Below are positions 9,888 to 20,470 of a stretch of DNA of 46,285 nt, in pieces. Under the pieces are notes generated by a model. The model did no database searches and was not told where the DNA came from. It saw only the letters and a program-made list of their open reading frames with translations. Origin of the DNA: Dechloromonas sp. (GTDB lineage: Bacteria; Pseudomonadota; Gammaproteobacteria; Burkholderiales; Rhodocyclaceae); assembly GCA_016790885.1 (NCBI GenBank), contig JAEUOE010000001.1, forward strand, positions 1 to 46,285, written 5' to 3'. A program made the position numbers and the translations under genes. Each line of letters starts with the position of its first letter. Position 1 is the first letter of the stretch.

Positions 9888-10532
9888 GCAGTCTGCGGCG
9901 CCTACCGCCTCGCCAGCCGGGGCGTGCGGCACGACGCCAAGCAGCGGCGCCTTCAGGCGTGACTGCAGCGCCGCCAGGTTTTCCTCGAAACGCGACATGG
10001 CCGGATCGATGCGGTTGGCCACCCAGCCGGCCAGTTGCAGGCCGCGGGCGGCAATCGCTTCCGCCGTCAGCAGGGCGTGGCTGATACAACCCAGGCGCAT
10101 GCCGACAACCATGATCACCGGCAGGTCGAGGTCGACCGCCAGATCATCGCTGCCCTGGTCTGCGCCGAGCGGTACGCAGAAGCCGCCCACCCCCTCGACG
10201 ATGACCATATCGGCCTGTTGCTGCGCCGTCGCGCAGGCTGACCGGATGGTCGCAAAGTCGATGGCCACGCCCGCTTCGGCCGCCGCGATGTGTGGCGCAA
10301 CGGCCGGGGTGAAACAGTAGGGATTGACCAGCGCGCGCGGCAGATCGACGCTGCTCGCCGCCCGGATGTTCTCCACATCCTCGTTCAGGCCGGCGGCATC
10401 GGTGCCGGCAGCAACCGGCTTGAGGCCGGCGGCACGCAGTCCGTCGCGCCGGGCACGGTGGAGCAGGGCGCAGGTGATGAAGGTCTTGCCGATCTCGGTA
10501 TCGGTGCCGGTCAGGAAATAAGCGTGATTCAT
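9867..10532 (-). CDS. bioD: Dethiobiotin synthase
   Basis: [11 protein letters not shown]-loop, [22 protein letters not shown]. Confidence 0.95.
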   Translation of the reverse strand: MNHAYFLTGTDTEIGKTFITCALLHRARRDGLRAAGLKPVAAGTDAAGLNEDVENIRAASSVDLPRALVNPYCFTPAVAPHIAAAEAGVAIDFATIRSACATAQQQADMVIVEGVGGFCVPLGADQGSDDLAVDLDLPVIMVVGMRLGCISHALLTAEAIAARGLQLAGWVANRIDPAMSRFEENLAALQSRLKAPLLGVVPHAPAGEAVGAADCLRLPGA

Positions 10533-11290
10533 GGGTGGGCGTGCAGGGTCAGGACATCGTAGGTGAGAGGCAGGCCGTCAGCCGTGCGCTGCGCTTCGTA
10601 GGCCGCCTCGGCGCGCAGGAAGGAGGCTCGGCTCATCAGTCCGGTGCGCCGGCCGTCGCCGACCTGGTTGGCGCCCACGGCCTTGACCGCGCGCAGCAGG
10701 GACTTGAAATCGGCATAGTGCGCCATCTGCGTCGTGCGCTGCACGCTGACCGCCGACAGGCCGGCGGCGACCGCCATCTGTCCGATTTCATCGGCCGTGT
10801 GGAAGGCCAGGGTGTGGCGGTACTCATCGACCCCGGCGAAAGCACGGCGCAGTTCGTGGAAGGTGTCCGGGCCAAGGCTGGCCAGCGCCAGGTGGCCGGC
10901 CGGGCGCAACAGGCGGCGGGCTTCGCGCAGCACGGCCGCCAGGTCGCACCATTGCACGGCCAGGCTGGACCAGAAAAGGTCGAGGCAGGCATCGGCCAGC
11001 GGCAGGTGTTCGAGGTCGCCGGCCATGCGGCAGCAGGGCGTGGCGACATGCCGCAGCATGGCCGGGGACAAATCCAGCGCGACGACATGGGCCTGTGGAA
11101 AGCGCTGGCGGAGCTCGGGCAGCGCATAGCCCGTGCCGCAGCCGGCATCGAGCAGCCGGCCGACCGGCCCGGGCGGCAACTGCTCGGCCAGCTGGTGGCA
11201 GATGCGGCGCTGCATGTCGGCCGCACTGTCGTAGGTCGGGGCGGCGCGTTCGAAGGACTGCCGGATGCGCGCCTTGCTCGGTCTATTCAT
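10529..11290 (-). CDS. bioC: Malonyl-ACP O-methyltransferase
   Basis: [25 protein letters not shown]; start MNRPSK at 11290. Confidence 0.92.
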   Translation of the reverse strand: MNRPSKARIRQSFERAAPTYDSAADMQRRICHQLAEQLPPGPVGRLLDAGCGTGYALPELRQRFPQAHVVALDLSPAMLRHVATPCCRMAGDLEHLPLADACLDLFWSSLAVQWCDLAAVLREARRLLRPAGHLALASLGPDTFHELRRAFAGVDEYRHTLAFHTADEIGQMAVAAGLSAVSVQRTTQMAHYADFKSLLRAVKAVGANQVGDGRRTGLMSRASFLRAEAAYEAQRTADGLPLTYDVLTLHAHP

Positions 11291-11996
11291 GCAGGAAGCT
11301 GCGTGCCCGGGCCACGAAATCGTCGGCGCGGGACAGGAAGGGGGCGTGGGCGCACTCGGCGAAGGCGGCAACTTGCGCACCGGGGATCAGCGCGGCCAGT
11401 GCGTCGGCGGCGCCGAGCGGCATCAGCGGATCGGCGGCGCCGTGGATGAGCAGGGTCGGGCAGGCCACCTGGGGAGCGGCGGGGCGCAGGTCGACATCGC
11501 GCAGCCAGCGCAGGCCGGTGGCCAGGACTTCCCCGCTCGGGCGCGGGTCGGCCAGTTGCAGCAATTCAGCCGTCACGCTCTTGGCACGGGCATCGCCGCG
11601 ATTGAAGCCGCCGACGAAGCGCGGCAGCATGGCCTCGACATCGGCCGCGATGCCGGCGGTGAATTCGGCCAGCATGGCCGGCGGCATGGCGTGCGGCCAG
11701 CCGTCGCGCTGCACGAAGGAGGCGGTGCCGGCGACGAGCAGCAGCTTGCCGACCTTGTCCGGATGGCGGGCGGCGACGGCCAGTGCCATCTGGGCGCCGA
11801 GCGACCAGCCGCCGAGCGCGGTGCCCGGCTGCAGGCGGCCGGCGATGGCGTCGACCGCGGCATCGAAATCGGCAATCAACGGTTCGCTGCCGTAGCCGGG
11901 GAGGTCGATGATCTGGCCACCGAGGGCGGCGACCGTGGCGGCAACCGGCGTACGGCCGACGCACCAGCCGGGGAGAAAGACGAAGGGAGCGCTCAT
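11283..11996 (-). CDS. bioH: Pimeloyl-ACP methyl ester carboxylesterase (alpha/beta hydrolase)
   Basis: DLPGYG, GWSLG nucleophile, HG..D, HAPFLS; position in bio operon; start MSAPFVF. Confidence 0.88.
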   Translation of the reverse strand: MSAPFVFLPGWCVGRTPVAATVAALGGQIIDLPGYGSEPLIADFDAAVDAIAGRLQPGTALGGWSLGAQMALAVAARHPDKVGKLLLVAGTASFVQRDGWPHAMPPAMLAEFTAGIAADVEAMLPRFVGGFNRGDARAKSVTAELLQLADPRPSGEVLATGLRWLRDVDLRPAAPQVACPTLLIHGAADPLMPLGAADALAALIPGAQVAAFAECAHAPFLSRADDFVARARSFLHE

Positions 11997-13162
11997 GCGA
12001 GTTCCTTGAGGGCGGAAATCAGGTGGTCGATGTCGCCGGCGGTGTGGGCGGCCGAGACGGAAATGCGCAGGCGGGCCGTACCCTTGGGCACCGTTGGCGG
12101 GCGGATGGCCGGCACCCACAGGCCGCGCTCCCACAAGGCTTTCGACAGGGTGACAGCGGCCTCGTTGTCGCCGACGATGTAGGGCTGGATGGCGGTGGCC
12201 GAGGGGAGCAGCGGCTTGCCGGCCAGGCCCTCGCGCAACTGGGCGATGCGGGCCATCAGGTTGGCGCGCAGGGCGTCGCCGTTGCGAATGATGTGCAGGC
12301 TCTTGCTCAGTGCGCAGGCGATGGCGGGCGGGGCGGCGGTGGTGAAAATGTAGCTGCGGCCCTTGTTGAGCAGGTAGTCGATGGCGGTGGCGGAGCCGGC
12401 GACGAAGGCACCGCCGACGCCGGCCGCCTTGCCGAGCGTGCCCATGAGCAGGATGCGCGGCGAGGCCGGCAGGTTGAAGTGAGCCAGGCTGCCCTCGCCA
12501 TGCAGGCCGAGGACGCCGAAGCCGTGCGCGTCGTCGATCACCAGCCAGGCGTCGTAGCGTTCGGCCAGGGCGAAGATCAGCGGCAGTGGGGCAAGGTCAC
12601 CGTCCATGCTGAACACGGCGTCGGTGACGATCACCTTGCGGGCAGCATTGCTGGCGGCCAGTTGCCGTTCCAGTGCGGCGACGTCGTTATGTGGGTAGCG
12701 CTGCACCTCGGCGCCGTTGGCCTTGGCCAGTTGCATGGCGTCGATCAGCGAGGCGTGGTTCAGCTTGTCGGCGAATACCGCGTCGCCGCGCCCGGCCAGG
12801 GTCGGCGTCACGGCGAGGTTGGCGAGGTAGCCGGTGGAGAAGGTCAGGGCGCGTTCGAAACCGGTGAAGGCAGCGATTTCGTTTTCCAGCTGGTCATGTG
12901 GCGTCAGGTGGCCGCTGACCAGGTGCGAGGCGCCGCTGCCGGCCCCCCAGCGCAGTGCGCCGTCAGCCAGCGCCTGGGCGATGTCGGCATTGCCGGCCAG
13001 GCCCAGGTAATCGTTGCTGGCAAAATTGAGCACCTCCTGGCCATCGACCCGGGCGATGCGCCCGGCCGGCGAATCCAGTACACGGCGGCGGCGGGTCAGG
13101 CCGGCGGCCGCGATGTCGGCCAGTTCGGCCGCGAGTTGGGTGTCGAGTCGGGAGGCGCTCAT
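11993..13162 (-). CDS. bioF: 8-amino-7-oxononanoate synthase
   Basis: NFASNDYLGL, NHASLID, FSMDGD, DDAHG, GTLGKA, IRPPTVP. Confidence 0.95.
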   Translation of the reverse strand: MSASRLDTQLAAELADIAAAGLTRRRRVLDSPAGRIARVDGQEVLNFASNDYLGLAGNADIAQALADGALRWGAGSGASHLVSGHLTPHDQLENEIAAFTGFERALTFSTGYLANLAVTPTLAGRGDAVFADKLNHASLIDAMQLAKANGAEVQRYPHNDVAALERQLAASNAARKVIVTDAVFSMDGDLAPLPLIFALAERYDAWLVIDDAHGFGVLGLHGEGSLAHFNLPASPRILLMGTLGKAAGVGGAFVAGSATAIDYLLNKGRSYIFTTAAPPAIACALSKSLHIIRNGDALRANLMARIAQLREGLAGKPLLPSATAIQPYIVGDNEAAVTLSKALWERGLWVPAIRPPTVPKGTARLRISVSAAHTAGDIDHLISALKELA

Positions 13163-13163
13163 G

Positions 13164-13568
13164 TCAGGCAAGAGTGAAATGCTTGCGCCCGGGCAGGCGG
13201 TAGGTTTCGAAATCGGCGCGGTCGAGTGTCCAGATGTCGGTGCAGCCGGTTTTCAGCGCAGCGACGATCAGCGAGGCATCGGCCAGGTCCATCGGGCGGT
13301 CGGCGTAGCGTTCGATCCAGTCGATAGCTGTTACCAGTTCCTCGCGGCCGAGCGGCAGCAATTCGAGCCCGCCGCGTTCGATCCAGTGATAGAGCGGTAG
13401 CGTGGCGCCCACCGTATCGGTCAGATGGGCGAATTCAGTCAGCACGGCCCACGTGGTCAGCAGGCGCCCCTGGTGCTGCTTGAGGCGGGCCGTGCAAGCG
13501 GCATGGTGCTTGTCGCGCCGGTTGGCGAGGGCGACCAGCGGGCCGGTATCGACCAGCAGCAGGTTCAT
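13164..13568 (-). CDS. VapC-like PIN domain toxin
   Basis: LLVDTGPLVAL, VLTE, MDLADASL, TLD.DF acidic PIN residues. Confidence 0.9.
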   Translation of the reverse strand: MNLLLVDTGPLVALANRRDKHHAACTARLKQHQGRLLTTWAVLTEFAHLTDTVGATLPLYHWIERGGLELLPLGREELVTAIDWIERYADRPMDLADASLIVAALKTGCTDIWTLDRADFETYRLPGRKHFTLA

Positions 13569-13828
13569 TTGGCGGCTTGCCCGTGTTTGCGGGCAATAGC
13601 GGCGCGCACGGCGTGACGGCTGTTTTCGGCGGCATTCTCGTCAAGTTCCAGCGCGCCGACGAAACCGGTTTCACAGGCCAGTTCGTAGGGCGTGCGTGGC
13701 GGGGCCTCGGCGACAAAGCGTTTTTCCAGCAACTCGATGATCACCTCGGACTTGCTGCGCCGCGTTTCGACGCAATAGCGCGCCAGAGCCTGTTCGAGGC
13801 GCGGGGGGATGCGGACGGTGGTGGTCAT
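13565..13828 (-). CDS. Ribbon-helix-helix antitoxin
   Basis: MTTTVRIP..LE..L...C....RSKSEVI RHH pattern; 4-nt overlap with the PIN toxin gene. Confidence 0.82.
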   Translation of the reverse strand: MTTTVRIPPRLEQALARYCVETRRSKSEVIIELLEKRFVAEAPPRTPYELACETGFVGALELDENAAENSRHAVRAAIARKHGQAAK

Positions 13829-13848
13829 CGGTTTCCTCCGGAGGGTGG

Positions 13849-13866
13849 TGTATTAACGGTAATACA
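13849..13866. promoter_or_regulatory. Probable TA autoregulatory operator
   Basis: Perfect inverted repeat TGTATTA-acgg-TAATACA just upstream of the antitoxin RBS. Confidence 0.7.
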
Positions 13867-13892
13867 AAACAATGCGGAGGACAAGATTGGGG

Positions 13893-15236
13893 TCAAAGCA
13901 CTGCGGCCAGTGCGCCCTCGATCGCCTGGGCGAGATGGGCGATTTCGTCGTCGCCGACGATGTAGGGGGGCATCAGATAGACCGTGTTGCCGATCGGCCG
14001 GATCAGCGCTGAGCGGTCGAGGGCGGCGCGATAGAATTTGCGCGAGAAATGCGGGTCGTCGCTGGCGACATCGAAGGCCGCGATCATGCCGCGCTGGCGC
14101 AAGTGGCGAACCTGCGGGTGGTCGGCCAGCGGCGCGAGGGCGGTGCCGATGGCCCGGGCCTTGGCGCGGTTGGCGGCAATCACGTCGTCCTGTTCGAAGA
14201 TGTCGAGCGTCGCCAGCGCGGCGCGGCAGGCCAGCGGGTTGCCGGTGTAGCTGTGCGAATGCAGGAAGGCGCGGGCGACCGAATCGTCGAGGAAGGCGGC
14301 GTAGATCGTGTCGCTGCACAGCACGATGGACAGCGGCAGGTAGCCGCCGGAGATGCCTTTTGACAGGCACATCAGGTCGGGGCGAATGTCCGCCTGCTCG
14401 TGGGCGAAGAAAGTGCCAGTGCGGCCGCAGCCGACGGCGATTTCGTCGCAGATCAGGTGCACCTCGTAGCGGTCGCACAACTGGCGGGCGAGGCGCAGGT
14501 ATTCCGGGTCGTACATCGCCATGCCGGCGGCGCCCTGCACCAGCGGCTCGACGATCAGCGCAGCGGTGCGTTCGCCATTCTGTTCCAGCCAGTTTTCCAG
14601 CCCGGCAGCGGCGCGGCGGGCGACGTCGGCCGGCGATTCGCCGGCTTCGGCCAGGCGGAAATCCGGCGAGGGCAGCACGTGGGCGGCGGCGCGGACGAGC
14701 GGGGCGTAGGCATCCTTGAAAATCGCCACGTCGGTAACGGCCAGCGCGCCGACCGTTTCGCCGTGGTAGCTGCCGGCCAGGCAGAGGAATTCCGATTTCT
14801 CCGGGCGGCCGACATTGCGCCAGTAGTGGAAGCTCATCTTCAGCGCGATCTCGGTGGCCGAGGCGCCGTCCGAGGCGTAGAAGGCGTGGCCGAGCGTGCC
14901 GCCGGTCAGGGCCGACAGGCGCTCGGAGAGTTCGACCACCGGCTGATGGGTAAAACCGGCGAGCATCACATGCTCAAGCGTTTCCAGCTGCTCACGCAGC
15001 GCCGCGTTGATGCGCGGGTTGGCGTGGCCGAACAGGTTGGTCCACCACGAGCTGATGCCGTCGAGGTAACGGTTGCCGTCGAAATCATGCAGCCAGGCGC
15101 CTTCGCCGCGGGCGATGGGGACCAGCGGCAGGTAGGCGGGGGCGCCGGGCCGGGCGTGATGCTGCATCTGCGTGCAGGGGTGCCAGACAGCCGCCTGGCT
15201 GCGCGCCAGCCAGTCTTCGTTCGACGACGTGCGCAT
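13893..15236 (-). CDS. bioA: Adenosylmethionine-8-amino-7-oxononanoate transaminase
   Basis: VWHPCTQM, DGISSWW, YHGET, EPLVQGAAGM, DEIAVG, SKGISGG, HSHSYTGNP. Confidence 0.95.
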   Translation of the reverse strand: MRTSSNEDWLARSQAAVWHPCTQMQHHARPGAPAYLPLVPIARGEGAWLHDFDGNRYLDGISSWWTNLFGHANPRINAALREQLETLEHVMLAGFTHQPVVELSERLSALTGGTLGHAFYASDGASATEIALKMSFHYWRNVGRPEKSEFLCLAGSYHGETVGALAVTDVAIFKDAYAPLVRAAAHVLPSPDFRLAEAGESPADVARRAAAGLENWLEQNGERTAALIVEPLVQGAAGMAMYDPEYLRLARQLCDRYEVHLICDEIAVGCGRTGTFFAHEQADIRPDLMCLSKGISGGYLPLSIVLCSDTIYAAFLDDSVARAFLHSHSYTGNPLACRAALATLDIFEQDDVIAANRAKARAIGTALAPLADHPQVRHLRQRGMIAAFDVASDDPHFSRKFYRAALDRSALIRPIGNTVYLMPPYIVGDDEIAHLAQAIEGALAAVL

Positions 15237-16414
15237 CAGTGCAGGATCTGCGAACCGGCGGCGTTCGGCTGTTCCGGCATCTCGGCATGCACCAGCTCGC
15301 CCTCGCGGTTCGGGAAGAGCGGGGCGCCGCAGTCGTCGCAGAATTCCATCGGGAAATGATGGTCGAGGAAGAGCACTTCCTTGACGCCGGTTTCACGCAG
15401 CACGGCCTCGATCTCGCCGGCGGCATCGGTCGCCTCGTCCTCGGTGCCGAGCAGCGGCCAGACGATGCCGTGGTAGACCTCTTCGCCACTCTTCGGGCCG
15501 AGGCTGACGCGGTATTCCTCCATGCGGCGGTCGTAGCAGGGGCCGACGACGGCGCGGATATCGGCCGGCATCAGGCTGAGCATGGTTTGCAGGAAGGCGA
15601 CGGAAGCCTTCAGGGAATAGGGACGCGACAGGCGGTCGGCGTTGCGGCAGGCAGCGTGGTAGGCATCAGCCAGCAGCGGCTGCCAGGCGCAGCCGGTGAG
15701 CAGCGGCTCCAGGCTGGGGCTGCCTTGCTTGATCCATTCCTTGAGCGCGGTTTCCTTGTTGCCACCATCGGCTTCATTCCAGCGGAACAGCGGCTTGCCG
15801 CGCGGCACGGCGATGGTGCCGACCAGGTAGCGCACGTCGGACAGGAAGCGATTGGTTTCCGGCATGGTGCTGGCATCGATGCCCAGGTGCTTGTCGGCCA
15901 GGGCGGCTTCGCCGAGTTGTTTGGTCAGTTGCCAGGTGTCGCAGAAGCTGCGTGGCAGCTGATCGGGGCTGAACAGGAAATCGGCCATCGCCAGGCGGGT
16001 GTCGCCACCGAAGACATGGGCGCCGAGCTGCACGGCCAGTGCCTGCAGCGTGCTCTGCGGCAAGGCGCAGGCGGGAATCGAGAAGCGCGACCAGGCAAGG
16101 ACCGGCGCGGCAAAGAGCTGGATGTCGAATTCCTGGCCCTGGGCGTCGATGCGCAGGGTTTCGGCGCGCGACTCGACCATGTCGGCCAGCTCGTCGTGGG
16201 CCCGCGGGTTGGCCTCGAACAGGCGGTCGAGCGCGGTGTTGATGTCATCCTCGGCACCATGCCTGAGCAGGCCATCGACGGCCTCGGCCAGCTGGCTTTC
16301 CCAGAAACTGTCCTCCAGCTTGCCGCCGGATTCGGAGAGGCCGGTGGCCAGGCGTTGCAGTTCGGCCGCTTCGCGGGAGAGACGGTCGCGCGAACCAAAG
16401 CGGGTGCGTTTCAT
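15236..16414 (-). CDS. DUF2863-like conserved betaproteobacterial protein
   Basis: SG.K.ED.FW, APVLAWSRF, FSPDQLP, YHGIVWPL and C-terminal FCDDCGAPLFP match my recollection of DUF2863. Confidence 0.75.
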   Translation of the reverse strand: MKRTRFGSRDRLSREAAELQRLATGLSESGGKLEDSFWESQLAEAVDGLLRHGAEDDINTALDRLFEANPRAHDELADMVESRAETLRIDAQGQEFDIQLFAAPVLAWSRFSIPACALPQSTLQALAVQLGAHVFGGDTRLAMADFLFSPDQLPRSFCDTWQLTKQLGEAALADKHLGIDASTMPETNRFLSDVRYLVGTIAVPRGKPLFRWNEADGGNKETALKEWIKQGSPSLEPLLTGCAWQPLLADAYHAACRNADRLSRPYSLKASVAFLQTMLSLMPADIRAVVGPCYDRRMEEYRVSLGPKSGEEVYHGIVWPLLGTEDEATDAAGEIEAVLRETGVKEVLFLDHHFPMEFCDDCGAPLFPNREGELVHAEMPEQPNAAGSQILH

Positions 16415-16501
16415 CGGTGATCCAGAAAATACAAAAAAGAGATTTTACCAGCCGGTAAAATGGCGCACAGCACAATCCTTCGCTTCCAGCCCGTTCCGAC
16501 C

Positions 16502-17275
16502 ATGCTCATCTTCCTTTCCCCCGCCAAGTCGCTGGACTTCACCACGCCGCCCCATGTCGCCAGCTTCACGCAGCCCGGCTACCTGCAACAGTCGGAAACC
16601 CTGATCCGGCAGTTGCGCCATCTGTCGCCGGCCGACATCGCCAGGCTGATGGATCTGTCCGACCAGCTGGCCCTGCTCAACTTCGAACGCTATGCCGACT
16701 GGTCGCTGCCCTTCACCCCGGAAAACGCCAAGCAGGCCGTACTCGCCTTCGATGGCGATGTGTACGACGGGCTGGCGGCAAGAAACCTGAGTGCCGACGA
16801 CCTCGCCTTCGCCCAGCAGCATGTACGCATCCTGTCCGGCCTCTACGGCATCCTGAAGCCGCTCGACCTGATGCAGCCCTACCGGCTGGAAATGGGCACC
16901 CGCTTTGCCAATGCGGCAGGCAAGGACCTGTATGCCTTCTGGGGCGAGACCCTGCTCGACGCGATCAATGCCGAACTCGACGCCATGCCGCGCCCGGTGG
17001 TGGTCAACCTGGCGTCCGAGGAGTATTTCAAGGCAGCGCTCGGCCGCAAGATCCAGGGCACGGTGATCCAGCCGGTGTTCGAGGACTGGAAGAACGGCAA
17101 GTACAAGATCATCAGCTTCTACGCCAAGCGGGCCCGTGGCCTGATGACGCGTTATGCGGTGCTCAACCGACTGACCGAACCGGAGGGGCTGCAGGGCTTC
17201 GATACCGACGGCTACGGCTTCGTGCCGGAAGCCTCGGATGCGACGACCTGGGTTTTCCGCCGTCGCGAGGGCTAA
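16502..17275 (+). CDS. yaaA: Peroxide stress protein YaaA
   Basis: [45 protein letters not shown]. Confidence 0.95.
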   Translation: MLIFLSPAKSLDFTTPPHVASFTQPGYLQQSETLIRQLRHLSPADIARLMDLSDQLALLNFERYADWSLPFTPENAKQAVLAFDGDVYDGLAARNLSADDLAFAQQHVRILSGLYGILKPLDLMQPYRLEMGTRFANAAGKDLYAFWGETLLDAINAELDAMPRPVVVNLASEEYFKAALGRKIQGTVIQPVFEDWKNGKYKIISFYAKRARGLMTRYAVLNRLTEPEGLQGFDTDGYGFVPEASDATTWVFRRREG

Positions 17276-17299
17276 GCCGGGCCGCTCAAACCGGCCGGG

Positions 17300-20200
17300 T
17301 CAGCCGAGCGTTTGCAGCACCTGGCGGATGTTGTCCAGTTCGGCGAGCAGCGGGGCGACCAGGGCTTGGTCGGCGGTGACTGCTGGATCCTTCAGGCTGC
17401 GTTCGACCTCGGCCGCCATTTCACCCAGCCGCTCGATGCCCAGGCTGAGGGCGATGCCCTTCAGGCTGTGCGCGCTGCGGGTGGCTTCCGGCCGTTGCCC
17501 TGTGGCGATGAACAGGCGCAGGTCGTGGTCGATTTCGGCGGCATGGCTGTCGCGGAACTTGACCAGCATGCGGCGATAGAAATCCACCTTGTTGCGCACC
17601 CGGGCCAGACCGCCGGCGACATCGATACCCGGCAATTCGGGAAGGGCAGGGGCGGCCGCAGCCTCGCCTGTGCCGGCCGGCAGCGCAGCGGGCGTGAGCG
17701 GAGCTGGTGGCGGCGATGCTGAGGTAGGGCTGGGCATCGGGGCCGCCGGCCTGGCATTCGCCAGCATGTCGGCGATCAGGCGGAGCAGCTTTTCGAGATC
17801 GACCGGCTTGGTCAGGTAGGCATTCATGCCGGCGGCCAGGCTCTGCTCGCGGTCATTTTCCAGCGCCCCGGCGGTCAGGGCGATGATCGGCAGGTCGGCG
17901 TATTCCGGCATGGCGCGCAGCTTGCGGGTAGCGGTAAAGCCGTCCATGACCGGCATCTGGCAGTCCATCAGGATCACGTCCGGCCGGTGTTCGCGTACCC
18001 GGGCCAGGGCTTCTGCCCCGTTGCTGGCCAGGCGAATGCTCAGGCCGGCCGTGGCGAACAGCTCGCTCATCAGGTCGCGATTCAGTTCGATGTCGTCCAC
18101 GACCAGGATGTCGGCCTCCTGCAATTGCGCGATGGACGACAGGTCGGGCGCCCGGACGACCGGCGTGGCCGGCGTCGGGTTGGCCAGGCCGAGCGATTTG
18201 GCCAGTGCGGCATACAGGCGGCGCAGGCTGGTCGGCTTGAGCAGGATGGCGTCGGCAGCAACGGCGCCGCCTTCGGGCGAGCTGATGGCGCTGAGCGAGG
18301 AGAGCAGGATCAGGCCGGGCAGGCGCTCCGGCGCCGTGCGGAGCAGGGTGGCGATGATCTCCTGGCCGTTGGGGGAAGGCATCTGCCCGTCGAGCAGGGC
18401 GGCCAGGTAGGGATGGTTCGCTTGGCTGAGCGCGGCCAGCGCGCTTTCCCCCGAGGCATGGGCGTCGACGCTGAGGTTCAGCTGCTGGCACAGGGCGCTC
18501 AAGGTGGCGCGGGTCAGCGGGTTGTCGTCGGCGATCAGGACGCAGCGCTTGGCGAAATGAGCGAGCCGGGGCGCCAGCTCGGCGGCCGGTGTCGGCAGCC
18601 CGGCAGTGATGCCGACGCGAACCGTGAAGTGGAAGGTGCTGCCCTGGCCTTCGATACTGTCCAGCCAGACGCGGCCGCCCATCAGTTCGACCAGGCGCTT
18701 GCAGATCACCAGGCCGAGGCCGGAACCGCCATAGCGCCGGGTGGTCGAGGAATCGGCCTGGCTGAAGGCGGTGAATAGCACCTCCTGCTGCTCCGGGGTA
18801 ATGCCGATGCCCTCGTCGCTGACCGAGAAATGCAGTACCGCCTGTTCCGCCGTACTGCTTTCCAGGCGGCAGCCCAGGCGCAGGTTGCCGGCAGGCGAAA
18901 ACTTGATGGCGTTGCCGAGCAGGTTGATGAGGATCTGCTTGATGCGCAGGGGGTCACCCACGAAGCTGCGCGTCACCTCCGGTGCCAGGTCGATGCACAG
19001 CTCCAGCCCCTTTTCCTCGACATGGCCGATGAGCAGGTCGTTGATGTCGTCGAGCAGCATGGGCAGCTCGAAATCCAATTGTTCGATGCTCAGCTTGCCG
19101 GCCTCGATGCGCGAGAAGTCGAGGATGTCATTGATGATGCCGAGCAAATGGTCGGCCGCCCGGCGGATCTTGCTGATGTGCTGCTGCTGGACGGGGTTGA
19201 GCGCGGTCAGCAGGCAGAGGTCGGACAACCCGAGAATGGCATTGAGCGGCGTGCGCACCTCGTGCGACATGTTGGACAGGAAGTTGCTCTTGGCCCGGCT
19301 GGCGGCCTCGGCCTGCTGCATGGCCAGGCGCAGGTCATGGGTCTGCTCCTCGACCATGCGGGCGAGGTTATCGCGGTGGTTGCGCAGTTCCTCGGCGGTT
19401 TCGTGCAGCATGCTCTCGTTTTCACGCAGCGCCTTTTCCCGCGCCTTGAGGGGCGAGATGTTGGTCGCCACGACTACCGCGCCTTCCAGTTTGCCGGCCT
19501 GGCTGTGCAACAGGCTGGCGTGCACGAGATAGGGAATGCGCCCGCTTTCCGCATCCCGCGCAGGCGCGGCGGCATGGCGGAAATAAAGTTCGGCCGAGAA
19601 GCGGCCCCCGGCGGCGCGGATGGCATTGAGCAGTAGCGGCGGTGTTGGCACCGGCAGCATGATGCGCAGTTGACGGAAGCTCTGTTCGCTCAGGCAATCC
19701 TCAAAATAGCCGCCGATCAGCGACCCGGCGCTGTAACCCAGTTCCTGTTCGAGCAGTGGATTGACGCGCAGGACCCGGCCATCCGGGCCGAGCATGACGA
19801 AAATTTCCGCCATGGTGCCGATGGCGCGCTCCAGGGCGCCATGCACCTGGGCCAGTTCGCTCGACCGCCGCTGCAACTCGTCCTGCTGTTTTTCCTGCTC
19901 GGAAATCAGCAGCTCCAGGGTTTCGGTGCTCTGGATCAGTTCGCCTTCCAGCGCCTGGTTGGCTTCGCGCAGCACGTCGAGTTCGGTGTTCAACTCGGCC
20001 ACCAGGCTGTCGTCCTGCGGTGTGAAGCGCTGGCAAACCAGGGTGACGGTTTCGGCGACGGCGGCCGCCACTTCGATCGACAGGCCGGGAACGAAGGTGG
20101 TGACCGGGCCGATTTCGGCGGCGATCACGTCGATGAGCGGCGGGTGGGGGATGGTTTCCCGCACTGCTTCGAGCAGGTAGCCTACCCCGGCACCGTGGCC

Positions 20201-20470
20201 GCCGTGGTGGTTCTCGACCGGCACTTCGCGCGGACGCAGCAGGTGCACGCTGCCCGGCCGGGGGCCGGCCATGGCGTCGATGACGATGACGTGGGCCACG
20301 TTTTCAAAGTAATGCAGCGCATCGAGGCCGCGATTGCCGCAATCGACGATATCGGCGCCGGCGCACTTCACCTGCTTGCGCAGGGCGAGCGCGACGGCTG
20401 GCCCGTACCCGTCATCCCCGTGCAGGGGATTGCCGAAGCAGAGGACGCGGAGCCGGACCCGGTCAGACAT
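17300..20470 (-). CDS. Soluble hybrid histidine kinase: hydrogenase maturation protease domain - coiled coil - PAS - HisKA - HATPase - REC - REC - Hpt
   Basis: Start MSDRVRL (8-nt overlap with large-subunit stop). CFGNPLHGDDGYG...IDA protease motifs; PAS (GPDGRVLRVN...LGYS); H-box SHEVRTPLN; N/G1/F/G2 boxes; two REC (LLDGQMP, LMDCQMP); AHSLKG Hpt; no evident TM helix. Confidence 0.9.
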   Translation of the reverse strand: MSDRVRLRVLCFGNPLHGDDGYGPAVALALRKQVKCAGADIVDCGNRGLDALHYFENVAHVIVIDAMAGPRPGSVHLLRPREVPVENHHGGHGAGVGYLLEAVRETIPHPPLIDVIAAEIGPVTTFVPGLSIEVAAAVAETVTLVCQRFTPQDDSLVAELNTELDVLREANQALEGELIQSTETLELLISEQEKQQDELQRRSSELAQVHGALERAIGTMAEIFVMLGPDGRVLRVNPLLEQELGYSAGSLIGGYFEDCLSEQSFRQLRIMLPVPTPPLLLNAIRAAGGRFSAELYFRHAAAPARDAESGRIPYLVHASLLHSQAGKLEGAVVVATNISPLKAREKALRENESMLHETAEELRNHRDNLARMVEEQTHDLRLAMQQAEAASRAKSNFLSNMSHEVRTPLNAILGLSDLCLLTALNPVQQQHISKIRRAADHLLGIINDILDFSRIEAGKLSIEQLDFELPMLLDDINDLLIGHVEEKGLELCIDLAPEVTRSFVGDPLRIKQILINLLGNAIKFSPAGNLRLGCRLESSTAEQAVLHFSVSDEGIGITPEQQEVLFTAFSQADSSTTRRYGGSGLGLVICKRLVELMGGRVWLDSIEGQGSTFHFTVRVGITAGLPTPAAELAPRLAHFAKRCVLIADDNPLTRATLSALCQQLNLSVDAHASGESALAALSQANHPYLAALLDGQMPSPNGQEIIATLLRTAPERLPGLILLSSLSAISSPEGGAVAADAILLKPTSLRRLYAALAKSLGLANPTPATPVVRAPDLSSIAQLQEADILVVDDIELNRDLMSELFATAGLSIRLASNGAEALARVREHRPDVILMDCQMPVMDGFTATRKLRAMPEYADLPIIALTAGALENDREQSLAAGMNAYLTKPVDLEKLLRLIADMLANARPAAPMPSPTSASPPPAPLTPAALPAGTGEAAAAPALPELPGIDVAGGLARVRNKVDFYRRMLVKFRDSHAAEIDHDLRLFIATGQRPEATRSAHSLKGIALSLGIERLGEMAAEVERSLKDPAVTADQALVAPLLAELDNIRQVLQTLG

